From an uncultured delta proteobacterium (GTDB taxonomy: Bacteria; Desulfobacterota; Binatia; Binatales; Binataceae): a stretch of DNA of 64,000 bases. Of this stretch, positions 1 to 10,361 are shown in pieces (position 1 is the stretch's first letter; each line of letters begins with the position of its first letter). The notes under the pieces were generated by a model. It worked only from the letters and a program-made list of their open reading frames with translations, did no database searches and was not told the DNA's origin. Made by a program: the position numbers and the translations under genes. The DNA is taken from positions 1,472,001 through 1,536,000 of the forward strand of contig CAWEEQ010000004.1 of assembly GCA_963808235.1 (NCBI GenBank), in the 5' to 3' direction.

Positions 1-1
1 T

Positions 2-136
2 GGGGGCAAGCTCGTCTCATGGCAGGAGGCAGAGCACACGATGCCGGCAAAGGGGCACACCGGCATCAGCATGGGGGTCGGCGGCGGGCCGATAGGCAAT
101 GGCACTCAGACGCAGCCTGGGGCGGTCCACTACTAG
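2..136 (+). CDS. 3' end of an upstream ORF, possibly the low-complexity tail of the GspD secretin
   Basis: Frame is open from the window edge to TAG at 134-136 (…GVGGGPIGNGTQTQPGAVHY*). The identity is guessed only from its position upstream of gspE. Confidence 0.25.
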   Translation, partial: GGKLVSWQEAEHTMPAKGHTGISMGVGGGPIGNGTQTQPGAVHY

Positions 137-348
137 TCGAAGTTGCGGTAGTGACGCGGCGGCGTGGCTGATGGGACGAGCATATTGCATGTAGCTCGAA
201 CCATCGTGTCTAATTGAGCCATAACGACTTGACCGGGGCGAAAACGGGGCGGTTTTGGGGTAGAGTCTTCGATGGGGTGTCTTCTAAATATGACTGGAAA
301 TGACCTGATGCGGTCTGGCTTCGGGCGTGGAGAATTCGCACTCGCCTG

Positions 349-2064
349 ATGGCAACCGCGAGCAAAAATTTCGAGGCTATCCTGCTCGACCGCTCATGGG
401 TCTCGGAGCAGGATCTCGACAAAGCGCGGCAGCGCAAGAAGCCCGGCCAGGAGCTTGCCGACGTGCTGGTCGAGATGGGTGCGCTCGAGCCGCAGCGGCT
501 TGCCCGCGCGCTCGCGCAGGAATACCACCTGCCGTTCCAGGCTCATATCGACGAGAACTCACTCGACTCCACGCTGGTCTCCAAGATTCCGATCAACTAC
601 GCGAAGAAGAACCGTCTGCTGCCGCTTTCGAGCGTTGACGGCGCGGTGACGGTTGCGATCGCCGATCCCGCCAATTACGAACCGCTCGACGACTTGCGCC
701 TGCTCTACGGCGCGCAGATACATCCGCTGGTCGCGCCCGCGGAGGTAATTGCGGAGGCTATCAATCGCGCCTACGACCAGGCTTCGGCAACGTCGGCCGA
801 AGACCTGATGATCGATCTCGAAGAGGAGCGTCTCGACGTGGTCGCGAGCGAACTCGCATCGGAGCCGACCGACCTGCTCGAGTCCGACGACTCCGCGCCG
901 ATCATCAAGCTGGTGAACGGAGTCCTGTCGCAAGCAGTCAAGGATCGCGCCAGTGACATCCACGTAGAAGTCTTCGAAAAGGAATTGGTGATTCGCTTCC
1001 GCGTCGACGGGATGCTGTACGACGTGCTGTCGCCGCCCAAGCGCTTTCAGCCGGCGATCACGTCGCGCGTCAAAGTCATGGCGGGGCTTAATATCGCGGA
1101 GAAACGCCTGCCTCAGGACGGTAGAATTCGGCTGCGCATCGCGGGCCGCGATATCGATCTGCGCGTCTCTTCGATTCCGACCAACTTCGGCGAGCGCATC
1201 GTGCTCCGCCTCCTCGATCGCGCGCAGGCCGCCGACGTTGTGAATCTCGATCACCTGGGTTTTTCCGGCGACAACCTCCAGCGCCTCGATCGCCTGATTC
1301 GCCAAAGTCACGGCATCATCCTGGCGACCGGGCCGACCGGGTCGGGCAAATCGACCACGCTCTACGCGTGTCTCAGCCGCATCAACTCGCCCGAGAAGAA
1401 CATCATCACGATTGAGGATCCGATCGAATACCAGCTCCGCGGCGTTGGCCAGATGCAGGTGAATCCGAAGATCGATCTGACCTTTGCGAGCGCGCTGCGC
1501 TCGATTCTGCGCCAGGACCCGGACGTGATCATGGTCGGCGAAATCCGCGACAAGGAAACCGCCGAGATTGCGATCACCGCCGCGCTCACCGGCCATCTTG
1601 TCTTCTCGACCATCCACACCAACGATTCGTTTGGCGCGGTGACCCGCCTGGTTGACATGGGAATCGAGCCGTTCCTGGTCTCGTCGTCGATTCTCGCGGT
1701 GCTCGCGCAGCGCCTGGTCCGCAAGCTATGTCCCGATTGCCGCGAACCGTTCCAGCCGACCGACCAGGAACTCGCGCGAATTGGGCTCAAGCCCGATAAC
1801 TTGACCGCGAAGATCTGCCGGCCCAAGGGATGCCGCAATTGCCGCAACACCGGTTATCGCGGCCGAATGGCGGTGCAGGAACTCATGATCATGGACGATG
1901 ATATCCGCGCGCTGGTCATGCAGAACGCCGACGCCGCGATGCTCCGCCGCCAGTGCACCTCCCACGGCATGACGCTGCTGCGCCAGGACGGCGCGGCGCG
2001 CGTGCTGCGCGGGGAAACTTCGATCGAAGAACTGCTCCGCGTAACCCAGGAAGACATCGACTAG
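349..2064 (+). CDS. gspE: Type II secretion ATPase GspE
   Basis: Walker A GPTGSGKST, TIEDPIEY, LRQDPDVIMVGEIRD, zinc motif CPDC…CRNC; first gene of the gsp run. Confidence 0.95.
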   Translation: MATASKNFEAILLDRSWVSEQDLDKARQRKKPGQELADVLVEMGALEPQRLARALAQEYHLPFQAHIDENSLDSTLVSKIPINYAKKNRLLPLSSVDGAVTVAIADPANYEPLDDLRLLYGAQIHPLVAPAEVIAEAINRAYDQASATSAEDLMIDLEEERLDVVASELASEPTDLLESDDSAPIIKLVNGVLSQAVKDRASDIHVEVFEKELVIRFRVDGMLYDVLSPPKRFQPAITSRVKVMAGLNIAEKRLPQDGRIRLRIAGRDIDLRVSSIPTNFGERIVLRLLDRAQAADVVNLDHLGFSGDNLQRLDRLIRQSHGIILATGPTGSGKSTTLYACLSRINSPEKNIITIEDPIEYQLRGVGQMQVNPKIDLTFASALRSILRQDPDVIMVGEIRDKETAEIAITAALTGHLVFSTIHTNDSFGAVTRLVDMGIEPFLVSSSILAVLAQRLVRKLCPDCREPFQPTDQELARIGLKPDNLTAKICRPKGCRNCRNTGYRGRMAVQELMIMDDDIRALVMQNADAAMLRRQCTSHGMTLLRQDGAARVLRGETSIEELLRVTQEDID

Positions 2065-2090
2065 CCGCACCGTCGGGTATTGATTAACGG

Positions 2091-3320
2091 ATGCCGGTTT
2101 TTGCTTATCGAGGACTCGATGCCGGCGGACGCGCCGTCAAGGGCGTAGTCGACGCCGATAGCGCGCGCACCGCACGCGCCAAGCTGCGCGCGTCGGGATT
2201 TTTTCCCACCGACCTGAACGAAGAGTCGAACGCCGCCGAACGAGAAGTGGCCAGGAAAGAATGGTTGCCGTCGTTGTGGCGGCGCAAGATGCCGGCCTCG
2301 GATCTCGCGCTGATGACCCGGCAGTTAAGCGCGCTGCTGGGCGCAGGCGTGCAGCTGGTCGAGGCGCTCGGCGCGCTCAGCGATCAGTCCGCGCGCGCGC
2401 AGACCAAGAAGATGCTCTCCCAGGTGCGCGAGCGGGTCCGCGAGGGATCGTCGCTTGCCGACGCGCTCACCGCTCATCGCGACATCTTCTCCGATCTTTA
2501 CATCGGGATGGTCCGCGCGGGCGAGCAGGCAGCCGCCCTTGAAGCGGTGCTCGATCGCCTTGCCGAGTACAGCGAGCGCCAAGCTGAATTTACCACCAAG
2601 GTCCGCGGCGCTCTGACCTATCCGATCATCATGATGTGCGTCGGCACCGGAATCATGGCGTTCCTGGTCGCTTACGTAGTTCCGCAGGTCGCGACTATTT
2701 TCGAGCAACAGCATGCGGCGCTTCCACTCGCGACCAGAATCCTGCTCACGTTTTCCGCGCTGGTCACCACCTACTGGCTGCCGATGGGCCTGTTGCTGGT
2801 CGCGATGGTTGCGGGATTCACCGGCGCGATGGCGACTCCGCGCGGCCGGCGCATCTATGACACCGCGATTCTCAAGGTGTACTACATCGGTCCAACCATC
2901 ATTCGAATTATCTGCGCGCGATTCGCGCGCACGCTCGCCACGCTGCTCTCGAGCGGCGTTCAGCTTCTCCCGGCGCTCGACGCGGTCAAGGGCGTGGTGA
3001 CCAACGGGCTGATGAAGGACGCCGTCGAAGAGAGCCGCGAAAGTATCCGCGAGGGCCATGGCATGGGCGACACCCTGTCGAAGAGCGGGCTCTTTCCGCC
3101 GCTCCTTATCGCGATGATCAAGGTTGGCGAGCGCTCCGGCGATCTCGAGCGGATGCTCGAGCGGGTTGCCGACAACTATGAGCATGAAGTTGCGCACTCG
3201 CTAAGCCAGATGACCACCGTGCTCGAACCCTTGATGACGCTGGCGATGGCCGCTGTTATCGTGTTCATGATGCTGGCGGTGTTGATGCCAATCTTCCAGT
3301 TGAACCAGTTGATGCAGTGA
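2091..3320 (+). CDS. gspF: Type II secretion inner-membrane platform protein GspF
   Basis: MPVFAYRGLD start, two T2SSF repeats (RAGEQAAALE, GERSGDLE), TVLEP…MPIF end. Confidence 0.95.
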   Translation: MPVFAYRGLDAGGRAVKGVVDADSARTARAKLRASGFFPTDLNEESNAAEREVARKEWLPSLWRRKMPASDLALMTRQLSALLGAGVQLVEALGALSDQSARAQTKKMLSQVRERVREGSSLADALTAHRDIFSDLYIGMVRAGEQAAALEAVLDRLAEYSERQAEFTTKVRGALTYPIIMMCVGTGIMAFLVAYVVPQVATIFEQQHAALPLATRILLTFSALVTTYWLPMGLLLVAMVAGFTGAMATPRGRRIYDTAILKVYYIGPTIIRIICARFARTLATLLSSGVQLLPALDAVKGVVTNGLMKDAVEESRESIREGHGMGDTLSKSGLFPPLLIAMIKVGERSGDLERMLERVADNYEHEVAHSLSQMTTVLEPLMTLAMAAVIVFMMLAVLMPIFQLNQLMQ

Positions 3321-3323
3321 ACC

Positions 3324-3350
3324 GTGAAAAGTGAAAAGTGAAAAGTAAAA
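3324..3350 (+). repeat. Short tandem heptamer repeat (GTGAAAA)x3 plus a degenerate copy
   Basis: gtgaaaa gtgaaaa gtgaaaa gtaaaa in the gspF-gspG spacer; more GTGAA/ATGAAAA variants continue to about 3383. Confidence 0.8.
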
Positions 3351-3402
3351 TTTGAAGAAGTGAAGGCGTGAAAAAATGAAAAATGTGCGGGAGGAAACCG
3401 CG

Positions 3403-3822
3403 ATGAAATCGCGCCGATACAATCAGGATGGCTTCACCCTGATTGAAATCATGGTGGTCATCCTTATCCTTGGCCTGCTCGCTACCATCGTCGTCCAGAG
3501 CTTGCGCGGCGCCGCCGACAAGGCGAAAAAGACCAAGGCACAGGCCGACCTCGCCGAGATCAAAACCGCGCTCGACCGCTACTACCTCGACAACGGCTAC
3601 TACCCATCCACCGATCAAGGTCTCAACGCGCTGGTCTCTCCGCCGACCAACGGCCGCATCCCGGCCAACTATGAAAGCGGCGGGTACATCGAGCGCCTTC
3701 CGCAAGACCCGTGGGGAACTGCCTACTTCTACCAGAGCGACGGTAACGCCTACGTGCTGAAGTCGTTCGGTCCGGACGGAGTCGAGAGCAGTGACGATAT
3801 AGATGCGAGCCAGTCGTCTTGA
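3403..3822 (+). CDS. gspG: Major pseudopilin GspG
   Basis: G|FTLIEIMVV N-methylation motif, YYLDNGYYPSTDQGLNALV, PQDPWG; RBS GGAGGA before ATG 3403. Confidence 0.95.
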   Translation: MKSRRYNQDGFTLIEIMVVILILGLLATIVVQSLRGAADKAKKTKAQADLAEIKTALDRYYLDNGYYPSTDQGLNALVSPPTNGRIPANYESGGYIERLPQDPWGTAYFYQSDGNAYVLKSFGPDGVESSDDIDASQSS

Positions 3823-3829
3823 CCGTGAA

Positions 3830-4420
3830 ATGAACTTTCGGCCCGCGCAGCCACGACCCGGCGCAGGACCGAGTGCGCGCGCGTCGGGTCAGGGCACCCG
3901 CTCGTTCTCGAAACTCGCGGCGCCGGGCTTCACTCTGCTCGAACTTGCGATCGTGATCTTCATCATGGGCCTGATGCTGACCCTGACGATGCCCTACCTG
4001 GGCGGCTTCCGCCACGCGCAGCTTCGCAGCGAGGCGCGCCGCCTCGCCGGCCGCGCGACCTTCATGTTCGACGAGGCCGCCGGCCACAAGCTCGTGTTGC
4101 GGCTCATCTTCGATCTCGACAACAACGGCTACGCAGTCGCGCGACTCGATCCCTATGCGGTCCAGCCGGTCTTCGCCGCCGATACCACTCCGTCCTCGCG
4201 CCCAATCATGTTGCCCTCCACGATTCGCATCCGCGATATCACCGTGGAAGGTATCGGCACTGTCAATCGCGGCGTCGTTGCCTGCAATTTTTATCCGGAG
4301 GGATACGTGGACGCGACCGTGGTGCATCTCGAAGACGCGTCGGGCGACGTGATGACGCTCAGCTTCACGCCGCTGACCGGCCAGGTCGCGATAGTCGACG
4401 GCGACGTGGGAATCCCGTGA
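3830..4420 (+). CDS. gspH: Minor pseudopilin GspH
   Basis: G|FTLLELAIV prepilin motif, FYPEG motif, operon position. Confidence 0.85.
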   Translation: MNFRPAQPRPGAGPSARASGQGTRSFSKLAAPGFTLLELAIVIFIMGLMLTLTMPYLGGFRHAQLRSEARRLAGRATFMFDEAAGHKLVLRLIFDLDNNGYAVARLDPYAVQPVFAADTTPSSRPIMLPSTIRIRDITVEGIGTVNRGVVACNFYPEGYVDATVVHLEDASGDVMTLSFTPLTGQVAIVDGDVGIP

Positions 4421-4863
4421 TAGCTGCTACCATGAACAGATCGATGAACATCGTCAGCAAACGCGCCCGTGGCTTCACCCTGCTTGAAGTGATGATCGCG
4501 ATCGCGATCCTCGGAACCGCACTCGCCGGCCTGCTCGGACTGCATCATCAGAGTCTGCAATCGGTCATTCGGTCGCAGGATATGACCCGGGCCTCGATGC
4601 TCGCGCAGGCGGTGATGACCGAGGCGGAGCTCGAGCGTTTTCCGGACCCCGGAACTACCACCGGCGATTTCCAGGCGTCGTTCCCGGGCCAGTTCCGGGA
4701 TTTTCAATGGCAACGAGTAGTCGAAGTCTCGGCTAACTTCCCCGACGTGCGCGAAGTCAAAGTGATGGTTCGCTACGGCCCGAAACTGAGCGGCTCCTTC
4801 GTGCTGGTCGAGTTTCTGCACTCGCCGATTCCACCCGATGAGAACTCAGGCCAGATCCCATGA
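4417..4863 (+). CDS. gspI: Minor pseudopilin GspI
   Basis: G|FTLLEVMIA motif; GTGA overlap with the gspH stop. Confidence 0.85.
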   Translation: MIAATMNRSMNIVSKRARGFTLLEVMIAIAILGTALAGLLGLHHQSLQSVIRSQDMTRASMLAQAVMTEAELERFPDPGTTTGDFQASFPGQFRDFQWQRVVEVSANFPDVREVKVMVRYGPKLSGSFVLVEFLHSPIPPDENSGQIP

Positions 4864-5555
4864 CGAGTCGAAGAAATTCCTACGCCTCTCCCCTCGCTAC
4901 AGATCGGCGCATATCCACACTCGCTCGCGGCTTCACCCTGATCGAAATGATGCTCGCGATTGGCGTGCTCGCCCTTATTCTCGCGATGCTCGCGAGCTCG
5001 TTCAGCGCGGTGGCGCATAGCAAAGTACATGGCGAAGGACGCCTGCTCGTCGATCGCGAAGGCCGCGCACTGCTGTGGCAGATGAGCAGGGAAATCCGCA
5101 ACGCCGTGCAGACGCCGGTCTCGCCCAGTCACGTCATTCTGATCGGTGGCGGACATGCCGGGAGCAACGGCCCAATCGATTCGATCACCATGTCCACCCT
5201 CGACGCGGGGCATCGCCGGGCGCTGACCGGGCTCGCGCCGGAATTTATTGTCACCTACAACATTGTGTCGAATCCCGACCAGCACGGATGGTACCTCCTC
5301 CAGCGCTCCCAACAGAGCGGCTTGATGGCCGGCGGCGCAGGCCAGGCTACGGTACTGGCCGACAACCTGCTCTCGATGCATCTGCGCTACTTCGACGGCG
5401 ACCGCTGGTCCGAGACTTGGGATTCGACCAGTGCGCAACCGGGACGCCAATTGCCGGTGGCGGTGGCTATTCAGATTCAGATGGCGGCGCCGGGCGGCCA
5501 CGCAATGGACTTCGCGACCCAAGTCACAGTGCCGATGGCGATAGCACAGTGGTAA
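4860..5555 (+). CDS. gspJ: Minor pseudopilin GspJ
   Basis: G|FTLIEMMLA motif, C-terminal YFDGDRWSETWD…LPVAV. Confidence 0.85.
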   Translation: MTSRRNSYASPLATDRRISTLARGFTLIEMMLAIGVLALILAMLASSFSAVAHSKVHGEGRLLVDREGRALLWQMSREIRNAVQTPVSPSHVILIGGGHAGSNGPIDSITMSTLDAGHRRALTGLAPEFIVTYNIVSNPDQHGWYLLQRSQQSGLMAGGAGQATVLADNLLSMHLRYFDGDRWSETWDSTSAQPGRQLPVAVAIQIQMAAPGGHAMDFATQVTVPMAIAQW

Positions 5556-6514
5556 GCGCACTTGGAAAGAGCGAACGCGGCGTCGCGCTGCTCGCGGTCC
5601 TGCTCGGAATCGCGCTGATGACCCTGGTCGTCGTGGATTTCGCGATGACCTCCGGTCTCGGGTTCGTGTCCGCCGCAAACCAGGCCAATGAACTCCGCGC
5701 CTACTACTTCGCCCGCTCGGGCATCAATATCGGTCTGGCCTTACTGGCCGCGGATGAGCGCGCCAAAACCAATCAGACTTCAACGACCTCCCAACCTGCG
5801 GAAACTCTGGGCGACGCGTGGGCGATGCCGTTTCCGGCCATGCCGCTCGAAGGTGGCAACGTGTCGCTGTCGATCGTGGACGAGGCTCGCAAACTCAACA
5901 TCAACCAGATGGTCGATCAAAATGGAGTTCCCAACCTGGCCGCAATCCAGCGCGTCGAGCGCCTGTTCACCTTCTTGAATGTGGATCCGGCGCTGATTCC
6001 AGGTATCGTGCAGTGGATTTCTCCGGCTAATGCTAGTGTGTCCGGCGGTATCGGCGCGGATTACTACCTCGGCCTGAAACCGCCATACCAACCGCGCGGC
6101 GGCCCGATGCCGACGATTGCGGATTTGCAGATGGTCAGAGGTTTCAACGAGGCGATCTTCAACCGGGTGATCCCGTTCCTGACCGTGATGCCGGAAAACC
6201 AGGTGAACGCCAACACTGCCTCGCCGCAAGTGATAGCATCGCTCGAGCCGGAATTGACGGAGGATCAGCAACTGGTCGAGGAAATCATCATGGCGCGTCA
6301 GGTGCGGCCATTTGCCGCCGTGACCAACGTCGTTAACGACATTCCTGGCGTCGCCGCGTTTGGAACCCGCCTCACCCAGACTTTAACTGTACGCAGCGCA
6401 TACTTTACGATAAGCGGCATGGGCACCTACGCCGGCGCGCGCAAAAGCGTGACCGCGACTTTTCATCGCGAGACCACCGGCGTCGGCACCCTGGGCAATT
6501 GGCATGAAGACTAG
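5549..6514 (+). CDS. gspK: Minor pseudopilin GspK
   Basis: ERG|VALLAVL, IVDEARKLNIN, VNANTAS motifs; GTG start overlapping the gspJ end. Confidence 0.9.
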   Translation: MVSALGKSERGVALLAVLLGIALMTLVVVDFAMTSGLGFVSAANQANELRAYYFARSGINIGLALLAADERAKTNQTSTTSQPAETLGDAWAMPFPAMPLEGGNVSLSIVDEARKLNINQMVDQNGVPNLAAIQRVERLFTFLNVDPALIPGIVQWISPANASVSGGIGADYYLGLKPPYQPRGGPMPTIADLQMVRGFNEAIFNRVIPFLTVMPENQVNANTASPQVIASLEPELTEDQQLVEEIIMARQVRPFAAVTNVVNDIPGVAAFGTRLTQTLTVRSAYFTISGMGTYAGARKSVTATFHRETTGVGTLGNWHED

Positions 6515-6529
6515 GAATCAGGGCGCCTG

Positions 6530-8011
6530 ATGGCTCAACGAATCCTCGCGCTCGAGATCTCCGGCGACCGGGTACGCGCCGCGTCCGCCGATCGCTCGTG
6601 GAATTCGTTCCATCTCGCCGGCGTCTACGAGAAGTTCCGCGCCAACGACGAGACCGACCTGAGCGGTGCGCTCTCCCGCCTGGTCGTCGAGGTTGGCGAA
6701 CCCGATATCGTGATCTCCGCGCTGCCGTCGGAGCGGGTCGTCAAGCGCCTGCTCGAACTGCCGTTCAAGGATGCGCGCCGGCTGCATCAGGTGGTCCCGT
6801 TCGCGCTCGAAGAGCACTTGCCCTTCCCCGTAGATAACGGCGCGGTCGCGTTTTCGCGCTTCGGGCAGGAAAACGGCCATAGCCTGGTGATGGCGGCGAT
6901 GGTCCGCAAGGCCGACTTGCAGGGTCATCTCGATCTGCTCGCCAAGGCGGGACTCGATCCCAAGATCGTCACGCTTGCGCCGCTGGCACTGGCCGCGATG
7001 TTCACTCGATCGCGCAACGGCGCCAAGCCGATGGCGCATCTAGTGGTCGAAGGCGACGAGTCTTCCACTTCGGTGGTGCTGGTCGATTTGACGGGAACTC
7101 CGCGCGCAATCCGCTCGATGCGCGGCGGGCTCATGATGTCCGACGGATCGGCGGTCTCGGCGGACGCAGCCGGCCCGATACTCAACTCGGTGCGCCAGAC
7201 CCTGCTCGCCCAGGGCGGCGAGACCGATGATACCGAAGTGATCGTGGCGGGCCCCGCCGCGGCGTTTGCCAACGTGCGCGGGCTGGTCTCGGATTCGCTC
7301 GCGATGGCGGTGCGGGACGGCGGCACTTTCGATTACTCCGGGTTTTTCGAGGGCACCGTCGCGACCACCGGCAAGTTCGCGTCATGCCTGGCGATGCTGC
7401 TTGGCGAGTTGCCGTCCAAGCCGCTCAACCTGATCAACTTTCGCCAGGGCGAGTTCCTTTTTCGCGGCCGTGTGCGCGGCGACCTGAGTCCGTTTTATCT
7501 TTCCGGCATTCTCGGCGCAGCTTTGTTCGCAGTCATCGCGCTGCACTTCATCCTTGGGGTATCTGCCAATCTCCGCCGGCTGCATCAGGTCGATGCCGAA
7601 ATCGCCGCGGCTGCCGGGCCCGTTCTCGGCGAGACCGATCCTGCCGATGCGCGAAAGCAGTTGAAAAGCGGAATCGCGAAAATGAACGAACGGCTCAAGT
7701 TGATCGGCGGCAACCTGACTCATCACCCGCCGCTCGACACGCTGGTCGCGGTATCGCGCGCGCTACGCAAGGATTTTCCAGTCGAGATGGCCGACGTACA
7801 GATCGATGCGAACGCGCTTCGCATGACCGGCCAGGCGGATTCGTTTGCCACAGTTGATCAAGCCAAGCGAGCGCTCGACAACAGCGGATATTTCGGCGCG
7901 ATCCAGGTTACTCACGCCAAGGCGGGATCCGATCCGAACAAAGTGGATTTCCGCATCGATGCGACGTTCAAGGACGCGGTCCCTACCGCCGCCTCCGACC
8001 ATGAGTTTTGA
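6530..8011 (+). CDS. gspL: GspL/PilM-PilN-like assembly protein
   Basis: Actin-like cytoplasmic domain (LELPF…VPFALEEHLPF), one TM segment, PilN-like periplasmic end. Confidence 0.8.
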   Translation: MAQRILALEISGDRVRAASADRSWNSFHLAGVYEKFRANDETDLSGALSRLVVEVGEPDIVISALPSERVVKRLLELPFKDARRLHQVVPFALEEHLPFPVDNGAVAFSRFGQENGHSLVMAAMVRKADLQGHLDLLAKAGLDPKIVTLAPLALAAMFTRSRNGAKPMAHLVVEGDESSTSVVLVDLTGTPRAIRSMRGGLMMSDGSAVSADAAGPILNSVRQTLLAQGGETDDTEVIVAGPAAAFANVRGLVSDSLAMAVRDGGTFDYSGFFEGTVATTGKFASCLAMLLGELPSKPLNLINFRQGEFLFRGRVRGDLSPFYLSGILGAALFAVIALHFILGVSANLRRLHQVDAEIAAAAGPVLGETDPADARKQLKSGIAKMNERLKLIGGNLTHHPPLDTLVAVSRALRKDFPVEMADVQIDANALRMTGQADSFATVDQAKRALDNSGYFGAIQVTHAKAGSDPNKVDFRIDATFKDAVPTAASDHEF

Positions 8012-8028
8012 GGAAGACGGAATCTTAG

Positions 8029-8673
8029 ATGCTGGGAGATAGATTCGATAACCTGCGCGAGTCGCTGAAGGATCGCTTGGCGCCGTACGCCAGGCAGGTT
8101 CGTGAACGCCTCGATCCGCTTATTGGGCAGGCCCGCGGCCGCTATCAAAAGCTTGAGCCGCGTGAGCGCCTGCTGGTGCGCATCGCAGCCGGCATCTTCG
8201 GCCTGTTCCTGCTCTACAATCTCATCTACGTTCCGATCGTCGATCTAAGCTCCGGGCTCGAGGATAAAATCGTCCAGCGCCAGCGCGATCTCGCAGAAGT
8301 CAAAAGGCTCACGGTAACTTACGCTCAGCTCAAAGCCGACCTCGCCTCCGCCGAGCATCATACGGTTCCGCAGGGCAGAGACTTCTCGCTCTTTTCGGTC
8401 GTCGAAGCGTCGCTCTCCAAGAGCGTCGGCCGCGAAAAGATCGGTTCGATCACGCCCGGCTCGGATCGCAAGCTCACCGACGGATTCACCGAGTACAGCG
8501 TCCAGTTGAAGCTCGCCAACGTGAATCTCGCGCAGTTGGTAGATGCGCTATACGGAATCAACTCGCTACCGATGCCGATCGGCGTCGCCAATATCCGCAT
8601 CCAGCGCCGCACCCAGGACACTCATTCTTACGATGTCGACCTCACCTGCGTGGCGCTCGCGCGGAATGCCTGA
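8029..8673 (+). CDS. gspM: GspM-like protein
   Basis: YQKLEPRERLL followed by a single TM and a ferredoxin-like C-terminus; operon position. Confidence 0.75.
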   Translation: MLGDRFDNLRESLKDRLAPYARQVRERLDPLIGQARGRYQKLEPRERLLVRIAAGIFGLFLLYNLIYVPIVDLSSGLEDKIVQRQRDLAEVKRLTVTYAQLKADLASAEHHTVPQGRDFSLFSVVEASLSKSVGREKIGSITPGSDRKLTDGFTEYSVQLKLANVNLAQLVDALYGINSLPMPIGVANIRIQRRTQDTHSYDVDLTCVALARNA

Positions 8674-9523
8674 GGTGCCCGCGCCCACGTCCGCATCATT
8701 CTGGCGAAACCATCTCGTTCAGATAAGCTACGCGGCCTTCGGCCTGGTCCTGTTCGTCGGCTTCCTGTTCGCGACCTTCCCCTACAGCGCGACCCTTTCC
8801 AAAGTGCTGGCGCCGATGGGTTTCGAGTTCTCGAGCGTATCGCAAACTCTGCGCTTCCCCTTCGGCGCCGAACTGACCGGCGTCCGCGTAAACTCGATGA
8901 CGTCGGCGAATCCAAACCTCCAATGCCCCGTCATCACGATCGCACCGTCCCTCCTCTCCCTACTGATCTTCCATCCGGGCGTGCGCGTGAATGCAAGTAT
9001 CTACGATGGCCAGGCAGTCGTAACGCTCCGCCCGAGCAGCGGCGGCACCGCGATCAGCTACAACCTCGAGGCGCTCAACATTGCCAGGCAACAACTACTA
9101 TCGTTAGGAAGTGCGGCCGCGTCAGGAACAGTTTCCGGCTACGGCAAATTGTGGCTCTCGCCAGCAGACCTCGACGCAGATACCGGCGATGGAGTACTGA
9201 GCGGCACGGGGCTGACGATCAGCTCGCCTCTCACCAGCGGGCCGATTCGCCTCGGCATCGCGGATGCGAAGTTCAAGCTGGATCGCGGAACTCTGACGAT
9301 CGACGGACTAAAGACCCGCGGCGGCGATTTGACGTTGACAGCGAGCGGAACGATTCATCTTGCTGGGGATCCGTCGCAAAGCGCGCTCGCGATTGCGTTC
9401 AACCTCGTGGCGGAGCCGGCCGCCATATCTCGATTCGGCGTGCTGTTCGCATTACTGCCGCATCCCCCAAGTGCGGAGCCTTATCGGCTGAGCGGGACGC
9501 TCTCGGCTCCGCAAATACTCTAA
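8666..9523 (+). CDS. gspN: GspN-like protein (deltaproteobacterial type)
   Basis: N-terminal TM (FLFATFPY), beta-rich body, RLSGTLSAP end. Confidence 0.7.
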   Translation: MPEVPAPTSASFWRNHLVQISYAAFGLVLFVGFLFATFPYSATLSKVLAPMGFEFSSVSQTLRFPFGAELTGVRVNSMTSANPNLQCPVITIAPSLLSLLIFHPGVRVNASIYDGQAVVTLRPSSGGTAISYNLEALNIARQQLLSLGSAAASGTVSGYGKLWLSPADLDADTGDGVLSGTGLTISSPLTSGPIRLGIADAKFKLDRGTLTIDGLKTRGGDLTLTASGTIHLAGDPSQSALAIAFNLVAEPAAISRFGVLFALLPHPPSAEPYRLSGTLSAPQIL

Positions 9524-10282
9524 GCCGGCGCCGATTTGAAGAAACGCAGCACCGCTTCCCTGTATAGCGGGTCCGCAGGAGCGCCAAGATGATCTCGCCC
9601 CTCGAGCATCACCAGCTGACTACCGGGAATTGAATCGCGCAACAGTTTGGGATCGCCGACCAGCGTGTCCTTCGTTCCAATAACGATCATAGTCGGTACG
9701 CGAATTGGCTTCGCGGTCAAATCCTCGGCGGTCAGGTCGCCGCGATTTGCGCCCATGCACGCCGCCAATGCTTTCAGATCGTTGCCGGTGATTTCGGCAA
9801 ACCGGCGGAACTGCTTTGCGCGTTCGTCGCTGACGGCGGAAATCATTTTCTGCGAGCAGCGCGTTGACGATCGGTTGCCGGCTGAAAGATGGACGTCTGG
9901 CCGACACTGCGCCGATTCCGCCGAGCACGACCGCGCGCAGCCGCTCCGGATGCGACCGCAACAGCCCGAGCGCGATCCGTCCGCCCATCGAATAGCCCAT
10001 CAATAATGTGCGCCGGATGCCAAGATGGTCCATCAGCCGGATGACATCGTCGCCCATCGTTTCGCCTGCGTATGCCTCCGGCTCGTGCGGCTTGGCGCTC
10101 TTGCCATGGCCGCGGCAATCGAGCGCGACGACCCGGTAGTGCGCGCCCAGATGATCGAACCAATCCGCGCCCCAGTTGTGCTCGGCGCGCGACGCGAAGC
10201 CGTGTACCAACACCACCGGCTCGCCTTTGCCGTGTTCCTCGTAATAGATCTGCACGCCCTTGGAATCGAAGTATGCCATCAC
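9520..10282 (-). CDS. Alpha/beta hydrolase, split by a 1-nt frameshift near 9845
   Basis: VLVHGF, DCRGHG and GYSMGG in one frame; GTKD…GRDH in the adjacent frame. Confidence 0.85.
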
Positions 10283-10361
10283 CTACTCCTCATTCGCCTT
10301 GCGGACCATTACCGAATAGCTACACAATCGTTCAACGTCAAACTTGGAATTGGAATCTCGC

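Noticed and set aside
559-1617. Long antisense and alternate-frame ORFs, e.g. 559-1617, 19001-20119, 25286-26812, 47527-48948
   Set aside because: They overlap well-supported genes and have Arg/Ala-rich shadow composition typical of GC-rich DNA.
349-9523. T2SS as a novel system or as the exporter of the RiPP
   Set aside because: Canonical gene order and motifs; about 47 kb from the RiPP locus with no evidence of linkage.
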